64,000 nucleotides of DNA from Octopus vulgaris. Taxonomy: Eukaryota. Below, one piece after another: positions 1 through 13,000 of the stretch. Position 1 is the first letter of the stretch, and each line of letters starts with the position of its first letter. The notes below the pieces were generated by a model that searched no databases, had not been told where the DNA came from, and saw only the letters and a list, made by a program, of their open reading frames with translations. The stretch spans positions 61,318,001-61,382,000 of the forward strand of contig OX597816.1 of assembly GCA_951406725.2 (NCBI GenBank), given 5' to 3'. Both the position numbers and the translations under genes were made by a program.

Positions 1-603
1 AAGACAGTGGGTAGGGAAAGGAGAAACACTGGCATCCCAGGCTAAAGAAGGTTTTCACCCATATAAAGTGTTGTTATCTATTTGGAGGGATATGAAAGGT
101 TTAGTCCACTTTGAACTTTTAAACCCAAACCAAATGATAACAAAGGAGATCTAATGTGAGTAGCTTAAGTCAGCACTAGAAGAAAAACGACCATCTTTGG
201 TTTCAAGACGAAAGGTGCTCTTCCATCAGGATAATGTTCAGCCACACACAGCAAGGATGACATTCCAAAGGCTGGAGCAGTTTGAAAGAGAAACTATACC
301 CCACCCACCGTATTCACTGGACATTGCCCCATCTGATTATCATTATTTCCGCAGTCATGAAAATCATTTGGACAGAAAAAATATGAATTCTGTAGATAAG
401 GTCAGAACAATACTGGAGGAGTATTTTTCATCACAGACAAGTGAATTTTGGAAGAGGGGCTTTGCAAGTCTACCAGACAGCGGGAAGAGCATTGTAGAAA
501 ATGAAGGAGACTATATTTTAGGTTAAAAAAGAACTTTGTTTATCTTAATTTTGAAAAATAAAGGACATATAAAAAAACCCACATTATTTATGGGATGGCC
601 CAA
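1..603 (+). mobile_element. Decayed mariner (Tc1/mariner) element, 3' part with transposase remnant and right TIR
   Basis: ORF 197-526 has HQDNVQPH and HPPYSLDIAPSDYHYFRS (mariner catalytic motifs). Upstream frame is broken. Ends in TIR-like cattatttatgggatggcccaa followed by TA. Confidence 0.9.
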
Positions 604-2859
604 TATTTTGTAGTTTTCATGTCCTGTAACTTAAGTTCAATATAATAAGCACCAGACAGGAAATAAAAATTAGTGTTCACATGCTCAATTAAACCACTGA
701 TGGTGGTGTGACGGCATGGCTACAGTTTCAATGGTAGAAACTAAAACAAGAATATAGAAAAAGCAACACTGAATGATCAAATATATTGTTGTGCAGAAGC
801 TCGATGAAAAGCTAAGAAATTACACCAACTTGGCTGTTGAATTAAAAACATTATGTCAGATCATATTTATTGGATACAGTGGTTATATAGGTAGACTATG
901 TTCAGAAAAAAAATTACAGGATGGTTAAGGTTGGACAGCCTTTAATCTTTGGTGTACTCAATCAGGACTGACCTGGAGCTAAACAACATGTAAATGTATA
1001 ATTTCTTAGAAAACAATACAATTTGGGGTAATGTGGTTTTTATTTAATTTTATTTATTGTTGTTGCTCTTTAGCTTCAGGTCTACGTATGATAAAAGGTA
1101 TCCCAGCCATGATCATCCAGTCTTTTTAGAAGTATGAGCAATTACATTTTCTAATATGTCTTGTGGACATGTCAGATGGTAGGGTATATTTTGAGGTTGA
1201 TTTTACTGCTATCTCTAGCATGAGGAACAAATTCGGTAAGTATTCTGCCATAGCTGTTGAGTAGAATGGAATTATCACAAGAATGAACCCAGCGCTCCAT
1301 ATTTCTAGCTCAAGTTCCCAGAGTCAGTTGATTTTCTAAAAGTGAGAAGCTAAGTTTTATGGCCTGAACAAACAGACCTATTTTTAAAAGCATTCAAATT
1401 ATGACCATCCCATATTTTTGTATATCTAGGCCCACATAGTCCTATATATCCTTCATATGCAACAGAACATGTGATTTATTTGAAGGAAATTTGTTCCTGG
1501 TCGGTTGGTGGTTCTCAACCTGTTTGATTTTGCAGTGCACAAGATATCATTAAAATGAAAAAACGACTAGTGCACTTCACATGGAAAACTTGAAAAATAG
1601 AAACTGTTGTAAATTTAAAACTTTAGGAGAAAAAAGGAAAAATTTTGCTTACCTTTATTTTTGTAATAATACTTGCATATATTAAAAAAAAAAAATGAAT
1701 TGTAAGATGAAGCATTAGTATGGATTTTCTAAAGCTGTAAATCTTATTAAAAAATCTGTGGTGCATCAACAAAGGCCCTTGAGGTGCACTGAGGACTACA
1801 AGTATAGAGACACCTTCTACGATACTGTATGGTAGTGAGAAAGGTTAGAGAGAAATGATTTGCATATGGAAGACATTGACGTTCATGAAAGTTAAAGTAC
1901 TGAAGTACAAGCGAGCTGAAAGAGTGGCTGGGCATTAGAGGCATTGGCCGATACATGCACGAGAGACAGTTGCCTTGGTATAGACATGCAAAGAACTAGA
2001 ATATAAGTGCTAACAATCGAAGGTACCCCTTATCAGAAGAAGCCTTAGGAAGAGATGAAGAGGTCAGAACTTATGCCAGCATAGAAAAAATAGATGCTAA
2101 AACAATGATAATGGTGGTGTGGTGGTGGTGATGATGACAGCGATAAAGATGGACTATACTATGGTACTCAGGCTTTATATCAATTTAGCTTAGTCAAGAA
2201 AGGAAAGATAATACCCATGGCACTTTCCAGGATTTCTGTAACTGGTGGGAAAAAGGGAAGAAGACAGGAAAGTATCAAACCTCAGACAGGAGCCCTAATT
2301 TGATTGCAGACAGAGCAGACTATACTAAAGTACTCAAGGACCAGGTGGTGATGTTAAAACAGTTGATTAAGTTAACCTGATAAGAAAGAACAAGAATGGT
2401 CCCGCTGACAACATCCAAACATATACCAAATTTCACTCATAAGGTACTGGTCGACTCAAGGCTAACATAGAAAACATTTACCTAAGGTGTAAGGTGCCAT
2501 ACAGTGGGACTGAACTAGAAACTTCCTAGTTGTGAAGCAAACTTCCTTAACCACACAACTATACCTGTACCCATTTAGCAGACAACTACAATATCAGATC
2601 TGTGTTTAGTGAACTGATCTCTATGAATATCAAACATCCCATAATACTTTGGTATGTTCTATGTAAATTTGTCAGTTGTTGCTGATATATCTGTTGTCAA
2701 CTCGCAGTTTAGTTTCCACTGAAAAAATATGACATTGCAGTATATCTACATCTTTAACATTGCTGTTTCTTAAGTTCATCAGTGACATTAATAAAATAAT
2801 AGTAATGATAACACTATCATCATCATCACTATTATTAACATTGCTACCATCCTTTCCCC

Positions 2860-3250
2860 AATTTACAGCACCATCAAATAAATTGTAACACTCACACTTT
2901 ATAGCCTCGATTTCTAAGTTTGTCAACCAATGTCCTCTCTTACTGAGTGTGTTGGTATTATTCGCATGGCAGAATATTTGTTTTTTCTGATCAGCTATTC
3001 TTTGTTCGGTGAAGGTTGTATCAGGGTATAGTTGTTTCCAGTATCGATGCATTGATTGCCTGTATGATGTGGAAGAACTTATAATGGCCTTGAAGTAGCA
3101 GTGGACAATCTCTAAATTCATTTCCTTTGTCCACCGCATTCTTTGTCTTGTCTCTGCGTAATTTTTTCGATGTTTTCTCTTTTGTATCGGCATATCTTGA
3201 GCAGACAAAAGGCTATCCTTTACAGCATGCATTGTTGATGAATACAAGTC
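2860..3250 (-). mobile_element. N-terminal fragment of an R4/Dong-like (RLE) non-LTR retrotransposon ORF
   Basis: ORF 2672-3247 contains RMRWTKEMN..CYF..SYRQSMHRYW..YP..TEQRIADQKKQI..WLTNLEIEAIK, the N-terminal pattern I recognise from R4/Dong elements. No RT follows. Confidence 0.7.
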
Positions 3251-4077
3251 CTAGTAAAGAAACTGTCTAATAAAATATATAAAATATTTTGAGAGAACCT
3301 TTTATAACTTCAAGTCAGAGTGATGTTAAATGCATCCAACTGTTATGAAAGAATTATTGAATTATTATTGAAGGCATACAGCCTTGTGGTTAGGAATTGG
3401 GTTCACAGTCATAAGACTGTGGGTTCAATTCTTTTATTATTTTATTATTATTATTATGGTTGAAGCTGTTATTATTGTTTATCAAATTTTAAACAGTTTT
3501 ATGAGAGTTTTTACCACCAGGTGTAATTTAGTGTTTCTAACGTGTGTAGGAGGGGGGGCTCTGAAAGGGGTCTCAGGAAGTAGCATCCCTGCCTTCCTGA
3601 GCTAATTTTCCACCACATTTCTTAAAAATCGTGGTAGAGGCCTTGGTCTCGGATTGCTAATGTCTAGAAAGTGAGGTTTGGAGTAAGCAAATGCATGCTC
3701 AATGTAGAAAATCCAGCTCCAAAAAAAGCCTCATGATAGCAAAGGAGAATGGACACCAGCCAGCCCAAAGGTTGGGGTGGGCTGCACCTGCCTACCTCAG
3801 TTGCTATGGCATTGAGGTAGATCTGGCCACCACTGTTAATGGGCACAAAACCCAGGTTTAAAACAATAAATGATGATGATGATGAATGTGCGGGCAGAAT
3901 ATAGAATTTAGTTTGACTTCGAAATCAGTTTTGTTGCTTCAGTATTATTTTAGCTTTCCATATGTTGTGTAGAGCATGGACAATGTGAACTGTGTTATTT
4001 TGTTAGATAGGGTTCATATTTTATACATCCTATGAGATCGGTGTTGTGTTTTGGTATTGGCCAGTGATTGTGTAGAG

Positions 4078-4562
4078 CAGCAGTTCCCAACTTTTTGGCA
4101 CCACAGACTGGTATCATCAAGACAATTTTTCATGGACCAGGGGATCATGTGCATAAAACACAAAATGCATAATATATCATTTAGTTACAGCATATACAAG
4201 ACACTCATATAAGGCACTGAGTTGGCAGAAACGTTAGCACGCCAGGCGAAATGCTTAGTGGTATTTTGTCTGCTGTTACGTTCTGAGTTCAAATTCTGCC
4301 AAGGTTGACTTTGCCTTTCATCCTTTCAGGGATCGATAAATTAAGTACCAGTTACACACTGGGGTTGATGCAATTGACTTAATCCGTTTGTCCCCTCTAT
4401 GTTTAGCCCCTTATGGGCAATAAAGAAACATATATAATGCCCTTCAGACTGTGATAGTCAATAAAGTAGAAATAAAATTAAAAAATTTATTCTTTCTTTG
4501 TAACCCTGTTTCAAATGATCCATGATCTGGCTGGTTTGCAGCCCAATGGTTAGGGGCCCATG
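4078..4562. mobile_element. Non-autonomous hAT (Charlie/MER1-like) element with a nested SINE
   Basis: Left end cagcagttcccaactttttggcacc, right end ggttaggggcccatg. 8-bp TSD gtgtagag (4070-4077) / gtgtggag (4563-4570). SINE inserted at about 4211-4430. Confidence 0.75.
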
Positions 4563-4889
4563 GTGTGGAGTATGTGCTGTGTGGGTTGGATTATATTGAT
4601 GGGTAATAAATGTGAATTGTTGGTGCCTTAGTGCTGGGTATCATTTATACAAGCGCATATGTTGTACTATTTTATTGGGTATTGGTGGTGTAGAATTTGT
4701 GTTGTGTTATATTATTTGGTAGTGATCCTGCTAAGTTTGTATTATTTTATAATGTAGCAATTATACAGAGTTATTATTTTTACTCTAACTTCTGAGCTCA
4801 AATCTCACCAAGAATCTGTGACCTAATATTATTTAAAATTCTATCGAAGTCAACTTTGTCTTTCATCTTTCTGGAATCAATAAAATAAG

Positions 4890-5226
4890 GAAGCGCTACA
4901 AAGACTGCCTCAAGAGGTCTCTAACAGCATATCATATTAACTACCAATGCTGGTCAGACCTGGCTGCAGACCGTGATGTCTGGTGCCACACAATCTTCAA
5001 CGCAGTCAGCAAGTTTGAGGAACAAAGAAGAGACGCACTTAAAGACAAGAGACGCAGGAGGAAGGTGCGAGCCACTTCTGAAACCACACCGGATGTTACC
5101 TTTGTCTGTGGGCACTGCTCACGGACCTGCCTTTCCTATATCAGACTTGTCAGTCATGAGCATGGATGCATGCAATATGGACAGCCTTCCTGATCTTCAT
5201 TCGCGAAGCCGAGCCATGATGATGAT
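4890..5226 (+). mobile_element. RTE-clade LINE 3' end remnant
   Basis: KRYKDCLKRSL, then a C-terminal CGHCSRTC..LVSH zinc-finger-like segment and a (TGA)n tail. Confidence 0.7.
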
Positions 5227-6070
5227 ATACTGCGGTTACAAAATAAAGTATATATCAAGTACTGGAGTTTATTAAATTAGCAACACCCCCACCCAAATTT
5301 GAGGCCTTGTGGTTATGAAAGAAATCATCATCATTATTACTACTACTATTTCTTCTATTAATTATTATGCAGTCATTTGGGAGAAAGCGTGGAAGGAAGC
5401 ATTGGGTTGGCAGAATGGGTAAAGTACTTATCCTTGCATCACTGATATTATCCCAGCCAAATATGGATTTTACCCAAGGTGGGGTAATTAATCTGAGTTT
5501 GGAAACCACTGCTATAAGACATCTTAAATGTGAATGGAATTAATAATAGAACATAACACAAGTTAGTTCAAAAAGTGTTAAGAATGAAAATATATTAGAA
5601 AAACTTTAAACATTTTTAAATGTTAAAAGAAATCCATGTTAATCATTTTTCCTCTTTTTTTTTTCTTATCAAAAGACAAAGAAAAGAAAGGGAAAGATAA
5701 ACTGAAATTTACTATTTTAGGAGATTAATGAAATACAATGCTAAAAATAGTGAGATAGAAAAATAACAAAATAAATCAAAATATTAGTCGTTTTGAATAT
5801 TATCGTCAAACAACCAGTATTTCTACCTAATTCCTTTTCTATGAAATTGAAATGAACACAAGCAACAGTAAAATGCAAGTGTTCAATAGCTAAATTGGGT
5901 CAGCCAACAAATACTTGCCCAAAGTTATACTTCTTACAGTGAAAATTGCTGAGTGGGAGACTATGGTCTCTTCAGGTATTACCATCATCATCATCATCAA
6001 CAGGTCAACAAAAGAACCTCTTCATGGTAGCTCAACTACATAGGTAATCTGGATGCTAGAAATAACAACT

Positions 6071-6490
6071 AAGGTGACGAACTGGCAGAAACGTTAGCAC
6101 ACTGGGCAAAATGCTTAGCAGTATTTTGTCTGCCTTTACGTTCTGAGTTCAAATTCCGCTGAGGTCGACTTTGCCTTTCATCCTTTCGGGGTCAATTAAA
6201 TAAGTACCAGTTGTGCACTGGGGTCGATATAATCGACTTAATCCCTTTGTCTGTCCTTATTTGTCCTGTCTGTGTTTAGCCCCTTGTGGGTAGTAAAGAA
6301 TGGGTATTTCGTTTACCGTTACGTCCTGAGTTCAAATTCCGCCGAGATCAACTTTGCCTTTCATTCTTTCAGGGTTGATTAAATAAGTACCTGTTACACA
6401 CTGGGGTCAATATAATCGACTTAATCCGTTTGTCTGTCCTTGTTTGTCCCCTCTATGTTTAGCCCCTTGTGGGCAATAAAGAAATAAGAA
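6071..6490 (+). mobile_element. tRNA-derived SINE family A, dimeric copy (Meta/Sauria-like core)
   Basis: ctggcagaaacgttagcac head; core gactttgcctttcatcctttcggggtc..aagtaccag occurs twice. Other copies at about 4211+, 19130-, 32768+, 42208+, 43157-, 49020-, 51765-, 56641+, 59005-, 59870-. Confidence 0.85.
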
Positions 6491-8764
6491 ATAACAACTA
6501 AATTTCCTAAAATAACACACTACCATCTTTAAAAAGAATACATACATTTGATAATATAGGTGAGGTTACTTTTTTGTTGAAAAACTACTACACCTCATCT
6601 TAGCCAAACAACTTATTTCATGAAAATTAGGCAGGATGATTATAGCTTGAATCATTTTTGATACTAGGTTTGTCATCAAAGTTGATTCGAAGGCTTAGCA
6701 CTAACAACAATAATGAGAAACATCATCAAGTTTTAATGATTAATGTTTAATTATTCACACTGGGATTGGCTCAGTGGATCTGCAACGCTGTAAATTATAT
6801 CACTCTTTTCAGTTCTCTGTGACCTTGTCTGAGAAGCATACTATGTGACATAAACACATAAAAATAACACTTTTTTTAATTAATTATATGCACTGATCAG
6901 ACATATTAAGTGAAATGGCAACAACTGGAGACTGAAACTGCCATAGATTTGTAGGGTAGACATAACAAAAAAAAAAAAAAGAAAAAACAAATTCTGTATT
7001 TTTAAATATATTATACAGCTTGAGGAAAATATATTAAAATATATTATTATATACAGCTTAATGAAAATGGACCATGATCATATCTTTCGCTCCTTTGCAC
7101 GGGTTATTATTGTTTAAACTATGGTTCAACTCTCAGCAAGTATACATATGATAAAAAGTGTTCCAGCTGTGACCAGCTTGTCTTTCTGTATATCATGGAC
7201 TACATTTTCCAATGAATCATTAACTATTTAAGATGGTGCAGTGTGATTTAGCATAGATTAAGTGGTTATTTTTCACCAGTTGAGTCAGTGTGAAGGTGAA
7301 CTCTCACTGGCGTGTCTGAATATTGCATCTTACGCAGACAAGTGGTGGCTTATGGAATTAAAGATTCAATATGAACTTCTGTTGTTTCATGGTTGTAGGG
7401 AAGATGTGGGCAGGGAGCATGTTTCAGAAGGTTATCGTTCTTGGATGAGATGATCAGGTGAGTGTTTAGCACACAGTCTGGAAAATGAGGTACAGTAGGA
7501 AAGGACAGGTACATTATTTAATAATAACGTACCAGTTGTATAAATTCAGAGCAATAGAAAGAATTGTAGTAGCATTAGAAAAGGTACAAGGTAGTAAAAG
7601 AAAGAGTAGTAGTAGCAGTAGGAAAGAGTGTAGCAGGAATATTAAGAGAGCAACAGCAAGCCTATTTAAAATTTACACCTCTTCCGTATTGACAAAGAGT
7701 TATCTGTAATATTTGTCATATACAGATCTTGTGGGCAGACCTTATTTTCTATTGTTCATTTTAAAATACTTGATGTTTCTATTTAATCTACTTCTTTATT
7801 TTGGGATAGCAGTAAATTATTAGAGTAATTCTTTTGTTACAACTTAGATAAGGAAGTAGAGTACATATGACCCATTTGAACGTCTTCCACAACAGGTGAA
7901 ATCATTACAATTTAATGTTCAGTTTGAAAATTTATCATCATTAGCTCATTAATAAAGAATTTACCATTTTAGAAACACAAGATCATTTTTAAACAGGAAA
8001 GGGCATAAGGAATTATCTTAATTCAAGAATATTATTAGTACTGTATATGCCAGTGTATAAGATGTCCTTTTTTTATTTTTTTTATTTTTAAATGGATCAA
8101 AAAATTGCCACATGTTTAATGCAACTGTATTAGAGATGTGATGCTGAGTGGAAGATGAAACATTAAATTTGTTTTTTCCACAAAAGAGTAGGGGTTTGTC
8201 TCATGTGAGAGTGCCTCTTATACATGGGAAAATACAGTACTTATTTTCTCAACTCCACCAAAATGTAAGGTAAACTAATCAAAAATAATAATATATATAC
8301 TCAACAAAACATACGAACCTGTACCAGAATCTAAATCTACTTCAAGATCTTCCAAAAACTTCTTTTTTTTTTCAACTATATGAATAAACAAAAACAGATT
8401 TAAATGAACCAATTAATAAAAAAAAAACAAACAAAAAAACACATTAACAATTCTGATTACAGAACAAGGAATCACACACAATTAAGATAAACAAGAGCTT
8501 GCATAAGCTAACTGCATTGAAAGGATATATATATATATATAATTAATTAGAAAGATTAATCTTGTATATGATAAAATGCAATGTGTTCTGTTGGTCATAC
8601 TGGGAAAGGGGAAACTAAAACAAATGGAGTAGGAGTGAGTGACGGTCAGAGATGCTAAATGTAAGCAAATTGCTGGTATTTTAATAAAAATTTATATCAA
8701 ATTATATTTCTTATATCAATTTCCCATACACACACAAATATATATATACTCTTTTTTTTTTTTA

Positions 8765-8971
8765 ATCTTTTACTTGTTTCAGTCATTTGACTGTAGCCAT
8801 GCTGGAGCACCGCCTTTAGTCGAGCAAATCGACCCTAGGACTTATTCTTTGTAAGCCTAGTACTTATTCTATCGGTCTCTTTTACCGAAACGCTAAGTTA
8901 CAGCGACGTAAACACACCAGCATCGGTTGTCAAGCGATGTTGTGGGGACAAACACAGACACACAAACATAT

Positions 8972-9014
<43 letters not shown>

Positions 9015-9172
9015 TACGACAGGCTTCTTTCAGTTTCCGTCTACCAAATCCACTTACAAGGCTTTGGTCGACCCGAGGCTATAATAGAAGAGACTTGGCC
9101 AAGGTGCCACTCAGTGGGACTGAACCAGGAACCATGTGGTTGGTAAACAAGCTACTTACCACACAGCCACTC
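8765..9172 (-). mobile_element. SINE family B (CORE-like, internal TA/TG microsatellite)
   Basis: Reverse complement of the gtggctgtgtggtaag..gggcaagtgtcttct family. Related copies at 10258-10645+, 17194-17620+, 2435-2570-. Confidence 0.85.
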
Positions 9173-9199
9173 ATATATATGAAATTAGATATTAAACAC

Positions 9200-9567
9200 C
9201 TTGTTTGTCCTTAACACATGTTGGCTGATATACCCTCCAGCCTTCATCAGGCGTCTTGCGGAAATTTCAAACATGGGTTCTCATTCCTAAGGTATTTTTT
9301 AGATGTTATTATTATTATTATTATTCAGGTCACTGCCTGGAATCAGACTCAGAATCTTGGGGTTAGTAGCCCGCGCTCTTAACCACTACGCCATATGCCT
9401 GTGGGTTCCAAATTCAGACCTACAGCATGATACATGGGCACATGGCATAGTGGTAAAGAGCGCAGGCAACTAATTCCAAGATTCCGAGTTCGATTCTAGG
9501 CAGTGACCTGAATAATAATAATAACATCTAAAAATACTTTAGGAATGAGAACCCAGGTTTGAAATTT
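9200..9567. repeat. Head-to-head inverted pair of tRNA-headed elements with a Penelope-type tail
   Basis: 9262-9400 is the reverse complement of about 9437-9567 (ggcagtgacctgaataataat..aggaatgagaaccca). The minus strand carries ctgatgaaggctg..cagcc. Confidence 0.75.
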
Positions 9568-10729
9568 ACAACCCTGTAACTTACTGATATACCAAGAGAC
9601 TGATAGAATAAGTACTAGGGTTAAAAAATAAATACTGGGGTTGATTTGTTTAACTAAAACCCTTCAAGGCAGTGCCTCAGAATGGCTGCAGTCTAATGAT
9701 TGAAACAAGAAAAAGATAAAAGGTAATATATATATATGCACACACACACACACACTTGTACATGACATGTGTTGGATGGTTTGACTGAAAACTGGTAAGC
9801 CAGGGAGCTGCACCAGGTTCTGATCTGATTTGGCAAGATTTCTATGGCTGGATGCCCTTCCTAATGCCAACCACTCCAAGAGTGTAGTGGGTGCTTTTTA
9901 CATGACACTGGCATGGGTGCTATTGACCTGACACCGGCTTCAGTCACGACTATGGTCTCACTTGGCTTAACAGGTCTACACAAGCATGGTATATCACCAA
10001 AGGTCTTGGTCACTTGTCACTACATCCATGATATTTTGTGAAATAAAATAATTACATAGTCATCCGGTTTCATTTGTGCTAATCATATATATATAAACGT
10101 TACAATTCTGTAAATGATTAACATCCTTCTTCCTACTAACATGGAATGAAAACTTATGACAGCCTGAAATTGTAATATTATCTCTAAATTTATAGTTACG
10201 ATTAGCAAACTTGAAACTGGATGACTATGTAAATATCTTATTTCATGAAAATATATAGGCATGGCTGTGTGGTAAGAAGCTTCCGGGTTCAGTCCCACTG
10301 CATGGCACCTTGGGCAAGTGTCTTCTGTTATAGCCTCAGGCTTGCCAAAGCCTTGTAAGTGGATTTGGTAGAAGGAAACTGAAAGAAGCCTGTTATATAT
10401 ATATATGTATGTATGTTTGTATGTATATATTTATGTGTCTGTGTTTGTCCTCCACCCCCGCTATTGCTTGACAATCAATGCTGGTATTTATGTCCCTGTT
10501 ACTTAGCAGTTCAGCAAAAGAGATTGATAGAATAAATACCAGGCTTACAAAGAATAAGTCCTGGAGTCGATTTCTTTGACTAAAAACCCTTTAAGGTGGT
10601 GCTCCAGCATGGTCACAGTCAAATGACTGAAACAAGTAAAAAAATGAAAAAGTATATATATATTTTGTTCAGCATAAAATTTCTGCGTGTTTTCCTTTTT
10701 ATATTTTTCACTATTATTCACCAAATGGA

Positions 10730-11090
10730 GTAAAAGGCACCCAGCACACTTTGTAAAGTGGTGATCGTTACCGCGCCGCCTTACTAGCACTTGTGCTGGT
10801 GGCATGTGAAATATTCGAACGAGGTCGTCGCCAGTGCCGCTGGACTGGCTCCTGTGCAGGTGGCACGTAAAAAGCACCATTTGGGCGTGGTCGTTGCCAG
10901 TACCACCAAACTGGCCCTCATGCTGGTGGCACGTAAAAGCACCCACTACACTCTCGGAGTGATTGGCGTTAGGAAGGGCATCAAGCTGTAGAAACTCTGC
11001 CAGATCAGATTGGAGTCTGGTTCGCCAAACCTCAGTCAAATCGTCCAACCCATGCTAGCATGGAAAGCGGACGTTAAATGATGATGATGT
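10730..11090 (+). mobile_element. SINE family C (ggcgttaggaagggcatccagctgtagaaa.. (GAT)n tail) with internal tandem subrepeats
   Basis: Conserved body and gatgatgat tail. Other copies at 9755-, 40855-, 46675+, 49487+, 50600-, 52913-, 57343-, 62708+, 63397-. Confidence 0.85.
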
Positions 11091-11189
11091 TGGCGTTAGG
11101 AAGGGCATCCAACCACACAAACCAAGCCAAATTAAACTGGAACCTGGTGCAACTCTCCTGCTTGTCAGCTCTGGTCAAACTGTCCAACC

Positions 11190-11410
11190 CATTTACTATG
11201 TTACGCCAGACTTCACGGTCCATCATAGCATTACGGAGGTCCTGTTGCTGGATGCCTGTATCCCAGGAGATTACATCAGGGTAGGAGAGTGTGCACCCTC
11301 TGGTATCGCGAGCAGATGGCTTCCAGAGGAGAAGAGTAGAAATTACCTCGTTTTCAGCTCTACAACAATGTCCAGCAAACTTGACTCTTCTACCTTTCAC
11401 AAGAGATGAT
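11190..11410 (-). mobile_element. RTE-like LINE C-terminal remnant
   Basis: ORF 11074-11400: RRVKFAGHCCR..LLLWKP..YPDVI..AMMDREVWR, a typical non-LTR RT C-terminus. Confidence 0.75.
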
Positions 11411-12304
11411 ACAAGGTCTTAGTCTGAAAACAAATTCCTTTCTTCCTTCTAGCCAGTCTCAATAGTCATGAAAAGGTCATACTCAGCCTTCTAAACTTTG
11501 TTTCTAATCTTTGGCCTGTTCCTATATTTCTACTCTCAACCAATATATTCTTTTTCTCTTATGCAGTGGTAGAATTGGTCAAGTGCTGGACAAAATGCCC
11601 TGTAGTATATAGTAATACTTTTTTATATTCTGAGTTCATATCACACAGTGGTTGACTTTGTCATTAATCTTTTAGTGATCAATTAAATGAATACTAGCAC
11701 CAGGATTAATTTAAGCTACAGTTCCCTCTTCCATAATGTATTAACGTGTGTTTATGTTAGAAATCCTAACTTGTCTCTACTAATCCTTAATGATATACTA
11801 CTTTTCACTTCAACTTTCTAAGACTAACTTTTTTTTAGAGTTACATCTTTTTAAAGTTACCTCATTCACTTGTACCAGTACTACGTACAATGCATTCATG
11901 TCAATGTCACATAAATACGCCCAGGCCAGTGAGATGTAAAAAGTACCCACCACAGTCTATGAAGTGGTTGCATTAGGAAGGCCATTGAGCCGTAGTAACC
12001 ATGCCAAAACAGACATCAGTGCCTGAACAGTTTGCTAGCTTCAGTCAAACCGTCCAACCCATGCCAACATGGAAAATGAACAGTGCAAAACTTCGTAATC
12101 TTGATGTTCGTTTTAGAGATGTTACTACAACTTTTAGCAAGTAGTAATAATATACAAGAGTGATGATATACAGAAACTATTGTTGTTTAACTTTGGATAA
12201 GCCCTTATTGAGTAGCCCTACGATCAGAAGCGTTCCAACCATTACTACTCATCATAGTGAGTTATTCAGTATTATCAATAACACTCAAATTAAATAACCT
12301 ACCA

Positions 12305-12602
12305 TTGTTTGTTCCTTCTAGAGCCATGCCTGGCTCATAAGGACCGGTTTCCTTGGCATATCGGTTCCCCACCTGGATGGGACGCCGGTACGTCACAGGT
12401 GAGCTGCAAGATGCAGGAAGAAAGAGTGAGAGGAAGCTGTGGCGAAAGAGTCAGCATATGTTCGCCATTATCTTTTGCCGGAGCCGCGTGCAGCTTAGGT
12501 GTTTCGCTCATAAACACACACATCGCTCGGTCTGAGATTCGAACCCGCGATCCCTCGACCACGAGTCAGCTGCTCTAACAAATAACAAATTTGTGCCTCC
12601 AC
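12305..12602 (-). mobile_element. tRNA-derived SINE family D
   Basis: 14-bp TSD aaataacctaccat on both sides. Same family as 34128- and 58473+. Confidence 0.9.
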
Positions 12603-12803
12603 AAATAACCTACCATAGATGTAACCCTAATCACAATTTGATATTAATGTTTGGTGACACACATAGTTACACCAAAACGCCTACTACTCTTTTCCCTTCT
12701 TTTTCCTTATCATAAGAATTTTAAACACAAGAATGTGTTGATGAGATTGTAAATTGATGGAGATTTAACTGCTATTTCTAACAGTTCGAACGATCATATA
12801 GAG

Positions 12804-13000
12804 CAAGGGTTCTCAATTATTCTTTATCTATGGACCCCTTCGATTCCTATTTTACTTGGGTGGCCCTTCATAGCCATTCAATGTTTAAAAAATCCTAATA
12901 TACTTTTAGAATTAAATATTATTAGGAACTGTATAAAAAATTGTGAAAATATCTTGTGCTTTGATCATAAATTTTAACCAAATCTCATTGAGAACCACTG
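12804..13000. mobile_element. hAT (Charlie-like) MITE
   Basis: TIRs caagggttctcaa / ttgagaaccactg. 8-bp TSD atatagag / atgtagag. Confidence 0.8.

Noticed and set aside
1230-1345. Minus-strand acceptor suggesting a further coding exon
   Set aside because: All three frames hit stops within about 30 nt.
1640-1700. Minus-strand GTAAGC donor with a possible 19-nt micro-exon
   Set aside because: Weak acceptor within an AT-rich decayed element. No independent support.
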